Source: Nageia nagi
Lineage: Eukaryota; Plantae; Pinophyta
Assembly: GCA_050084985.1 (NCBI GenBank)
Contig: JBITNC010000001.1
Coordinates: 19,344,001 to 19,408,000, forward strand
Length of the DNA: 64,000 nucleotides
Reading direction: 5' to 3'
Made by a program: the position numbers and the translations under genes. The notes below the pieces were generated by a model. It ran no database searches, was not told the DNA's origin, and saw only the letters and a list, made by a program, of their open reading frames with translations. The number at the start of each line of letters is the position of its first letter. The stretch's first letter is position 1. Of this stretch, positions 27,625 through 37,777 are shown one piece after another.

Positions 27625-28595
27625 TTTGGAATTTGGAGTTAAGAAATTATTATTTACTATTAAAAAACATCTTTCTCTTTTTTTTTTTCAAATGCACCAA
27701 AACAGGGGAATTTGTATAGTCCAAATAGAGAAGGAAAAAAAATGCTCCAATGAACATTCACTCTTCATTAAAAAAAAAAAAAAAGATTATACACGCTTGA
27801 GAATCAAACTCCTAACCTTGTGGGATTATTTCCCAATGTAAAATTATGATATTAACATAAACATATTTTGCCTAATCAAAAATTGGGGAATTTATCTAAA
27901 GTTAAACCAAAAGAGAGAAGAAAAAATTATGATTTAATGAATATTCACTCTAATTTCTTATGGTGAAAAAAAAAAAACATAATGCTTGATAAAAAAAATC
28001 ATAAGCACTTGAGAATCAAACTCCTAACCTTAAGGAATCATTTCCCAATGTAAAATTATGATATTAACATAAACATTTTTTGCCTAATCAAAAATTGGGT
28101 AATTTGGAATTTAGAAATTATTAGTTACTACTAAAAAACATCTTTGTCATTTTTTTCAAATGCACCAAAACAGGGGAATTTGTCTAGACCAAATAGAGAA
28201 GAAAAAAATATGTTCCAATGAAAATTCACTCTGAAATAATATTTGTGAAAAGCAAAATATGATGCTTGATAAAAAAAATTATACAGACTTAATCAAAACC
28301 CTAACCTTGAGGGATTATTTCCCATGTAAAATTATGATATTAACATAAAAAAAAATTTGCCTTATCAAAAATTGGGGAATTTGTCTAAAGTTAATCCAAA
28401 AAGAGAAGAAAAAAGTATGTTCTACTGAATTTTCACTCTGATTTCTTATGTGTGAAAAGAAAAACATGACGCTAGATAAAAAAATCATATGCACTTGAGA
28501 ATCAAACCCCTAACCTTAAGGGATTATTTCCCAATGTAAAATTATGACAATAACATAAACATTTTTCTGCTTAATCAAACACTGGGGAATTTGTA
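27625..28595. repeat. Higher-order tandem repeat (about 480 bp x2, each with two subunits)
   Basis: Four copies of AATCAAA...CCTAACCTT...TTTCCCA(A)TGTAAAATTATGA near 27797, 28010, 28289 and 28495. Two copies of CAAATGCACCAAAACAGGGGAATTTG. Confidence 0.9.
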
Positions 28596-29332
28596 AATTG
28601 GAAATAAAAGAGGCAGTAATTTTCACAGATAAAGATAAACTGAACACAGGTTTTCATTACTAATGCAATGACGCATTAACTGAAATTTAAACCCCAATCA
28701 TTCAAGACGAAAGACTTTTCTGCTTTACTGAATGGGTTGCATTATCATAAGCAACCAAACTAAATGGAAATAAAAAAATGGATTTTTAACTAAAGAAACT
28801 TAAATGTTTTTCATATTCATTTCTATGACAATCTAGTGACTTGTGAATTTCACAAACTCAAAAGATGCAAAGCATGGAAATTGAACAAATATAGACAGAC
28901 AATTTATAGAATTTAAAAAATGCCATACAATTCCCTTCAGACTAATAAAAAAGTTTAAATATATCATTTTCTGAAAGAGCAAAATTTTTCATTCATGACA
29001 CCAAATCCACACCCTAACATTTAAAGGAGGGCATTGTAGTTTTCAATAAGAATATAAGGCAAATATTTGTGTAGAATAATGCAAACCAAACATCTTGAGG
29101 CAAAAAAAACTCAATTTTGAACATGGAATATTTACATCATAAGAAAAGCACGGTTATAGGAAATTCGTCAAAACAAGGATATTTATCCTTTTTCTAAAGA
29201 GGGGAAAATTGTCATCCGTCATACAACAATCTTGTAAGTGCTGATAATCAGACCTTTGTCCTTCAAGAAGTCAATCCCATAATTTAAAATATAAGATGGT
29301 TTCCTTCTTAGAAACAGAAAGGTGTATATAAT

Positions 29333-30070
29333 ATTTTACATGAGATCACAATTTCAAGATAAGCTCCTACAAATGTGGAGCAATTCCAGTTAGAAAAAAT
29401 ATAATCCCCATTACATGAACCACCCTATAAATGGCACAATCCCAATTCAATTATATACTAAAGGACAGAGAAAAGGAAATAAAGTAAAAAACACAAGGTG
29501 CTGAGACTACAATATACAAAGGCCCAATAAAATTATAAAAGTAAACATAAAATATGGAACAAAAAAGGATTTATTAAGGTCGAACTTAATGGTACTATAA
29601 AGACAGAAAACATCAAAATTTCAAAATTAAAATACTATGCTTCCTAAGGAAATTCAAACAAAAACATTTAAGCATCCTCTCTCCCTCAACATAGCAACAA
29701 ATATTTATTATTATATTTTGCATGGGATCACAATTTAAAAGTATTGCTCCTACAAATATGAAGCAATTCGGGTTAGTAAAAATATGATCCCCCTTCCTGG
29801 ACCATCTTATAAATGGCACACAATCCCAATGGAATCGTTTTACCAAAAGACATAGAAAAGGAATAGAAGTAAAAAAAAAATGAGGTCCTGAGGCTACAAA
29901 AATACAAAACACACAGTAAAGGTAAACATAAAAAATTGAACAAAAAGGAATAATTATTGGAGTAGAATTTAGTAGGCACTTAAAGACGGAAAACAACATA
30001 TTTTAAAAATTAAAATCCTATAATTCCTAAGCAAATCTCAACAAAAAATTTAAGCATCCTCTCTCCCTAA
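29333..30070. repeat. Diverged tandem duplication, about 380 bp x2
   Basis: Shared GATCACAATTT, GCTCCTACAAAT, TATAAATGGCACA, GTAAACATAAAA and TTTAAGCATCCTCTCTCCCT in order. Confidence 0.88.
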
Positions 30071-30433
30071 AATTAATACTGAATTCTTCAAACTGGATCC
30101 TCATTTCAAACTTGAGCTGTTTACTCGCGAAAAAAAAGCCACTCACTCGTCTCTTTTCTAAGTGGCCATAAAAAATGGAGAAACTCCTACGACATTTAAA
30201 ATAAAACTCTAACTTATAAGACCGGGAATTCCTAATGATGAAAATAAGGCACTTCCATTACCCCAACGCCAAAAGGTATCTGTTCCACATATATATGTGT
30301 ACGTGTGTAAGATAAAAATTCTAAACAAATAGAAAACAAATAAAAAAAACATAAAATCTTCCCACCCAGCAAAATTGGCCATGAATTTTCAAAATTAACA
30401 GAGAAAATAAGGGAAACAGAAGCTTTTTCACAC

Positions 30434-30611
30434 CACAGATTTTAATAGGCGCCTCGAGCTCTAACAGATTGGGTTGGTTCATGAAAATATCTTTGGATGT
30501 CATACATAGCTGCCGGATCTCGGCCTCCGATAGCTGCACCTGCTTACCAGGCCTGGAGCCTCTCACTTCCAACAACCTGCTTATAATATCATCCAACACC
30601 TGCGGGTCCAT
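30434..30611 (-). CDS. PP1: PP1 catalytic subunit (TOPP family), coding exon 1
   Basis: [36 protein letters not shown]...[14 protein letters not shown], then a phase-1 donor G|GTGTGA that joins exon 2 to give CGDIHGQ. Confidence 0.97.
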
Positions 30612-30613
30612 TC

Positions 30614-30644
30614 AAACCCTAGATCGATCCACTCCCAAACCCTA
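30614..30644. promoter_or_regulatory. Two telo-box motifs (AAACCCTA) in the PP1 5' leader
   Basis: AAACCCTA at 30614-30621 and 30637-30644, immediately upstream of the ATG. Function is inferred. Confidence 0.55.
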
Positions 30645-31699
30645 GGATAAGACGGATCCAAAACCTAACGTAATGTTCCACAGAATCCTGCTTATTACAT
30701 CACTTCATCAACAAAACGCAATAATCACTACCACGCCCTAATTCTTTTATCTTCTAGTTTTTCTCCCCTCCCCCTTGATCCCAGCCAAGCCGTACCCTGC
30801 AAAATTATCCAGCCCTGGAAGACCTATGATTTGAGAGGGATTCAATAGACTTGAGTTGAGATTTGCTGCGGAGGGGAAGAAATTTGAGAAGCCAGAGAGC
30901 ATAGAGCAACAGAGAGATGGATGGAGTCGTCTCAATCAATGGCAAAAATGAGGAGCAGAAGAGAAGGGTTTTCTTCTTTTAGGAGTTCACTTTTTGGCTT
31001 CCTATTTATTCCAAGTCGATTCAACGGACAACTTTTTTATCGTGTTTTTTTCTCTTGGTTGCCAGCCATTAAAAAGAAATATATATAAATGTATATTTAT
31101 TCTTGTATTGATTTGGATTTAGATTTTAGAGATATTGGAGTGAGTTGACACTTAGTAAAATTAGCTATGCTTTGGATATATTAATTTTGTAATCTGTTCG
31201 AAATTTATATATATATAAAAGAGTTGTATTATGTGTTAATTGATTTAAGTAGTAAAATTGTGTTAATTAGAATATTATATAATATGAAGATGAAGAGAAT
31301 AAAGATAGCATGTAATAATAATAGAATGGAAATGAAAGCTAAGCATATAAAATGTATGAAGATGTTTAGGTTGTTGGTTGAGTTGATCATGTGTTGATTT
31401 TGTTCCATAGATCACTTGCTCTCTAATGGATGTTAATATAATTTACTTTACTTTACTTTATATATTATTAATTTGTTGTTAAATGTAATTGAAAATATGG
31501 TATATTTAAGCAATGATATAATAGTTTATAAAATATTATAATGGATTTTAGATATTAAATTTTTATTTTTATGGATTTTAATTTTTTTATGGTGGTAAAT
31601 GATTAAGGAAGTTTTTTTATACAGGACCTAAAATTTGTATGTACAAAATTTCTTCAAATATTACATTTGTAGTCTAGTACCTTTTGAGATACAAATGTT

Positions 31700-32130
31700 C
31701 TTGAAGTTAATTTTAAAAAGATAAAGGTGATGTCCTTCAATATGTCAATGGTAGAAGCTTCCAAAACCCATATGAATTTCCAAGGGCACTTATTGACATA
31801 ATCACTTCTTACACCTATCTAGGTGTGCTCTTCACAAATCCTATTTTCAACTTGGTCCCAACCTCCCAAGATAGATTGAATAAAGCTTATACTATATTTG
31901 TCACACTTGAGAGATAATATTTTCAAATCCAATTCTAAAACATCATTGAAAAAATTAAACTTTCATGCTCTTATCTTCTGACCTTGCTTTGTGGATTTGA
32001 AGTTTGAGGTTTTAACATAAGACACTTTGGTTGGGTCTGCATCAAGAGGTTTTTGATCATATATGCTTTTAAAAATTATTTGAGCTAAAAGAATTATCCC
32101 TTATTCCATCATTATGATTGAATTTTCATG
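31700..32130 (+). mobile_element. Decayed non-L1 LINE ORF2 fragment (post-RT region)
   Basis: Reads SYTYLGVLFT...RLNKAY...LLCGFEV*G across frameshifts, resembling the Y.YLG...LLYG.EVWG region of RTE-X/L2-type LINEs. Confidence 0.55.
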
Positions 32131-33900
32131 CATATCTTATGGTGGCTCTTAAAGCTTTTCATGTTATCAAGCTTTTGAAAAGGATCCATCACATAATTTT
32201 AACAAATCTTTAATTGAAGATATACCCTCTTCTAGTTCTTAAATACTCAATGCAACTTGTAGATTAAAGGTACTTGTTGGTATTGTACTCAAAAGCCAAC
32301 TCTCTCTTGCAATCCATAGGCCTAAACATCAAACGACTAACTCCCTCTCAACTCCTAAGTAGGACCTCTAATCCTTCTACCAAATATATTAATAAAAGGA
32401 TTAGGAAGGAAATCTACTCAACTTACTGTTAGAATTTGTAATGAAATATTGTGAATATCTAGACTCCTTGTAAATTCAATTAATCACTTAAAGGTATGTA
32501 GATACCTTAAGTGATTAATAGAATTCTTTAATGTATAGACTTTGACTTTACCAAAGGAGTTAGTTGGTAGGTTGAAGTTTGGTGGTACATTTAATGTAAC
32601 CCTAACCTTACCCTTGGGTTAAAGGAAGGTTAGGGAGGTGCTCTCAACCTATAAATAGAGGGCCTCTCCTCATGTAAAGATATCAAAGTTTTGAGTAAGA
32701 TTACTCTACTTGGTTGTGTAGGAGAGAGCTAGAGAATAGTTGTAAGAGAGACATAGATTTGAGAATAAGAGAGCTAGTTGTGGATGTACTCCCAAGGAGG
32801 GAGGAACCACATTATATTGGTGTCATATTGTGTGAATGATGTTCTTAGAATTATAGATGTGTTATCTTGAGTTTCCTAGTCTAAGGTCCTAGAGGATTTG
32901 TTTAGATCTAGTTCAAATCCTTCACTTACTCGAAGATAACGTGGATTGAATCGATAAAACTACTTTAACCAAAGCTCTTACATTACCTTCAAGTTTACAT
33001 GAAACTAGAGAATTGTGATATTGTTATCATTGATTACATCAAGCTATGCATATTCCATGGTCTTTATTTTCCCCTCAACCAGATAAGGGTTTGCTCATTA
33101 TAGCTTCATATTAAGACATCTGACAAACCATCACATCCCTAGAGATAATGCATATGCAAATTGTACATCATAGAATCAAGTACTAAAGAATATTTCATAT
33201 TCATTTACCACATCTACTATAAAATTCAAGGTCTATTCTATTGCTTATTTAGAGGTTCCCATACTTTGAAATAATGGATGAATTATGGAGGCCAAAAATA
33301 TATCGCACTTCATATTAGAGAAGCCACTTGTCTCATACATAAAGTGATCATTAGATCACACAACACATCAAGCTCTAGATTTACTACACCTTATTTTCAA
33401 CCATAAGAAGCCATGAATCGAAAGTATTACATGTGAACCCTAAAGATTATAAAAAGGTCACTCATATTATTCTTCCATCCATAATGGCTAATCCTCTCGT
33501 TGTAACATTAGAAGCTTTTTTCAAATCTCAAATATTGATGGATCCCCTTGATTGAGATATATAGGCCCTTTGCCTCATCTAAAATTGTTTCATTATGATA
33601 GTCTTTTTTGCTTAATTAACTCTTATACATAGGAGTTGTATTAGCACTCCCTTGCTCTTATTATATATATATTTTAGCACTCCTATTAACCATTTTTTTA
33701 TCACCTATGGACATTAATATCAAATTTATTTTAGTTTATCTTCCATTAACACAACTAGATCTGAAAAGGTTTTCTCACATTTTAGGCTTCTAAGATAGTA
33801 TATATGTCTAACAAAATCCGAATCTTCTTCCAATACTTCATACATTATTTCAAAGATTTTTCCATAAATATTAGTTTTCTCCTTATATTTAACTAGAGTT
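32120..33900 (-). repeat. Ancient interspersed repeat, copy R (interrupted by a solo LTR)
   Basis: Reverse-complement homologue of 8440-10540. Ends approximate. Confidence 0.75.
32427..32924 (+). mobile_element. Solo LTR of the 34345 copia family
   Basis: TGTTAG...CCTTCA, 498 bp, flanked by the 5-bp TSD CTTAC (32422-32426 and 32925-32929). No PBS or PPT adjacent. Confidence 0.96.
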
Positions 33901-34344
33901 GCTTTAATATCCATTTTTCATTTTTTTCCTAGGATCAATTAATTAATGTTTATTGTGAATTATTAAGGTTTGAAGTTGCTTTGTTGTTCTCTTTAATATA
34001 TGTATTGGAGAAGTACTAGCTTGGTATCTAAATCGATAATATTGAAATTATCATGAGAGGTATTTAAATTTAAATTTTTTATCTTTAAAAATTGCAACTA
34101 AGTTCTAATGTTGATTATAGTAGAAAATATGGGGGTAACAATTTATTTATAGAGTAGTTTGGTTGTAAGGATGTATATGTAAATCAATTGAAGAATGTGA
34201 TGGTAAGAGGTGAACAGAGCAGGTGATAGGAGGACAAGTGGAGTGAACAACTCGTATCAAAAGAATTTTAAGGTAAGAATCATAATGAATAGATGCATAG
34301 GTCTAATTATTACGAAATTATTTAAATATAGACTATGGGAATCA

Positions 34345-34834
34345 TGTTAGAATTTGTAATGAAATATTATGAATATCTAAACTCCATGTAAATTCAATTA
34401 ATCACTTAAAGGATATGTAGATACCTTAAGGGATTAATTGAATTCTATATTATGTAGACTTTGACCTTACCATGTGGTTAGTTGGTAGGTTAAAGTTAGG
34501 TAATACATTTATTGTAACTCTAACCTTACCCTTAGGTTAAAGGGAGGTTAGGGAGGTGCTCTCATGCTATAAATAGAGGGCCTCTCCTCTTGTAAAACAA
34601 CTAAGATTTGGAGTAAGATTACTCTACTAGTTTGTGTAGGAGAGAAAGAGAATTGTAGTAAGAGGTGCATAGATTGAGAATTGAGAACTAGTTGTGGATG
34701 TACTCCCAAGGAGGGAGGAACCACATTATATTTGTGTTATCTTGTGTGAATGGTGTTATTATCTTGTAGATGTTGAATGATTGAGTTTTCTATAGTCTTG
34801 GACCTTGAGGATTAGAGTAGATCTAATTCCTTCA
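34345..34834 (+). repeat. 5' LTR
   Basis: 6 mismatches to the 3' LTR by manual count. TATAAATA at 34568-34575. Confidence 0.97.
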
Positions 34835-34836
34835 AT

Positions 34837-34848
34837 TGGTATCAGAGC
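34837..34848 (+). promoter_or_regulatory. Primer-binding site, initiator tRNA-Met
   Basis: TGGTATCAGAGC, 2 nt after the 5' LTR. Confidence 0.95.
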
Positions 34849-35329
34849 TTGGTGTGGAAGCTCTTCTTCAACATCTTGAAGGCCTTTATTTCTAAACCTA
34901 CACTCCATTGTTGAGGTAAAATCAAGAGAAGGTATAATTTTTTTTATTATTATTTTTTATTATTGTGATACTAACATAATTCTTTGAAGATGTGTTAGTA
35001 TGCTTAAAATGATGCAATTGATTACTAACCCTCTTTTTTTAAGTTGCAATTTTTCATTGATTAGCTTATGGCTATTCTATAAAAATTGGGGTTAGTATAT
35101 ATATATATATATATATATAAATTACATTTTTTTGTGTTACAAATAAGTTCTTCTCTTTGGGAAATAAAAATTGGTGTATTTTTTTTACATATTATAGAGT
35201 GTTCTTTTCTAAACTACTACTCTAGTTCCTATTTTACTCCTAAAATATTTACAATATATTCTAAAATATATGTATTTATAAAAAAAAAGGGGTTTATGGG
35301 AGTTCTTTCTATCATAAAATTTATGATTT

Positions 35330-35539
35330 TTTGCATATGTAAAAATGTGGAGGAACACAAAATGCTTTAATCCTAATATTAAAAAGGATATGCACAAGAT
35401 GGATACGTTGAAAGGGTCTGCGAATTGTTTGACAAAAATGCCTCCTCGAAATGCAGTCTTATGGACTGCAATGGTCAATGGATATGTACAAAATGGATAC
35501 GTTAAAAAGGTCTACGAATTGTTTGATAGGATGCCTCGG
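35330..35539 (+). pseudogene. Captured PLS-class PPR gene fragment (tandem 31-aa S-type motifs)
   Basis: GYAQDGYVERVCELFDK/MPPRNAVLWTAMVNGYVQNGYVKKVYELFDRMPR. Two nucleotide repeats 94 bp apart (93 plus a 1-nt frameshift). A YVKCG-like relic near 35335-35350. Confidence 0.88.
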
Positions 35540-37777
35540 CTCATTCCTATCATGTTTTACTTCCACGACGGAGGCTTCGCATCCATAACGCCAACTTTGC
35601 AGTGCTCTCCTCTGTCCCACATTTGGAAATTCCATCATCCTTCGTCAGTCCCAAGCATAGAGACTGAATGTCAAATGTAGCTCTTCATCATCGACATATG
35701 GAAGGAGAACGATACACCTCACCTCTTCTGCCATTCTTCTATTGAATGCTTCTCCAAATAGATGTCAATGCTATTGAACTTCCCAAAGGCCTGGATAAGT
35801 ATGTTAAAAGCTAGGGTCGATGATCGTCCCACCTACGAAATCCCAAGCTTATGGTGAAGGCCTGGGAGCATTCTGACGGAGCCTCTCTCACTAACCGCTT
35901 TGCCCCTCTCTGGCCCTCTCAGCTTGTGCGACCCTCCTTCCATGATGTGTTACATTCTCCTACTCACAGGCCCTCTCCTCCTTATCTAATTAGCACTCGT
36001 AGCCCATTTGCGACTTCTTACATCTATTGCATCTTCCTCGATGATAATTTTATACGCTTCCTTCTCCATCTCCAATGCGTGCCTCCTCCAACAACCCTCT
36101 CCTGTCTTGTGACATTGTAAACTAAGAATAGTACCCCTTCTACAATTCTGTACCCTTTCTTGTTTCCTTCTTTGTGCATTAATTTTTTGTTGACTAAATG
36201 CACTTCCAAAAGCAACGTATGCTCCTTCTTGGTAAGGGAAGGGTAGCCATCATTTTTTTACCTAAAAACATTTATTTTATTTTGACTTGGAGTGCTTGAG
36301 GTAAAAGGAGCATTAACTATGCATGGGTCACCTTCTTTTGCATTAATACTTGCAAGCTCTCTAGAAGCAAACATATACTTTTAGATAGGCATTTAATAAT
36401 TTTTGCTTGCTTACAAGTCATTTATTTCTATTAAATGCACTTAGAAGTACTTATACTCCAACTATAAGCATTGACTATAATACTTTAAAGTAAGTAGATA
36501 CATCATTACTCCTCAATGCAATCCTAATTTTTTTTTAGAAAAATATGGCACATGGAGGATATTTTGGAGTATAATTTTTTTCTCTAAGTATGGTAATTTA
36601 CTTAGGCAAAACATTTTTTTAGTAAAAATTTGCTAAGGTAATCTAAGTATGCTATCTTTGAAGGATAAATATTTAAGTTAAGAATGCTATTTTAAGTAAA
36701 CAAAGGAAATTTTTTACTTAAAATATAAATGCATACTTAAAAGACAATTTTTTGCATACAAGTTTTAGGGATAAAACTTTAAGTAACAAAGGGGGGAATT
36801 TGTATATTTTTTTACTTAAAACTTTATCTAGATCTTGCATGCTAAATTTGTAATGCATGCCTCTTAACCTTGTTAGGAATAAAGCATGCTTAGTACTTAA
36901 AATTTTAAGTTAAATAATGCATGATGCATGTTTATTACTTAATTTTTAAGTCATGGAATAATGCATGTTTAAGCTATGGATTAATGCTAAGTAGGACTTA
37001 GCCTTTTTTTAAATTCATTAAAATGTTTGAATGAATTTATGAACTTGAGCAAAGTATGCAAAATGTAAAATGTCCTTTAGGGGTTAGTACAAAACCCATT
37101 GGACTCTTAAGGTTTCAAGTTCTTGTGGATGATGTATTTTTAATACTTTACTTTATATTTTTGCATAATTGCTTTATACTTGCAAAATGCAAAATATTGA
37201 AAGTAACCCCTAAAATGAACACATCCGCATGTACTTTTCTACAACATGACTTGTTTGGGGAGCCACGAGGTGAGGACAGGGCAGACTGGAGCCTTTTTAG
37301 TCTGAAGAACCAAGTGGTGGTAAATCCGTCTTAATTGCCCCTAAGACCTCTATTGGATTGGACATAACTCTATTAGGTGGACAGGCATGTGTGTAGTGAT
37401 ACCACATGTCCGCACGTCCATTTAGGGATTATCCTGATAACTTAGGAGAAAAACTGAAAACCTTAAACAAGATAATTAAAATGGCTGGTCCAAGATACGT
37501 CGGATCCTTGGAAAATAGTTGGTACTTCTCCTTGAGAGAGTATATTACTGACCAATGTGAACTAGTTAAGGACTGGTAGTACTTGGGCTCCACTCTGCGG
37601 GCATCTAGGTGAAGGCCTAATTCTATACAAGAAAACAACCTCAACTTTATCCTTCTACGGATCTTGGTTTATAAGTTTGCACATGTGGGACATGTTTACT
37701 TATTTATGTTTGATTTGTATAGATGGTAAATTGTAGAAATTTATTCATTTTTCTTGCTTATTTACTTTTATGTAGCA

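Noticed and set aside
32427-34834. A short LTR element (TRIM/LARD) formed by the LTRs at 32427 and 34345
   Set aside because: Each has its own TSD partner, there is no PBS after 32924 and no PPT before 34345.
35345-35680. Functional PPR gene
   Set aside because: Fewer than two motifs, frameshifted, and embedded in a retrotransposon leader.
37275-37330. Hammerhead ribozyme (CTGAAGA followed by an ACCA/TGGT stem)
   Set aside because: The required GAAA after stem II is AAAT, and no NUH cleavage triplet precedes stem I.
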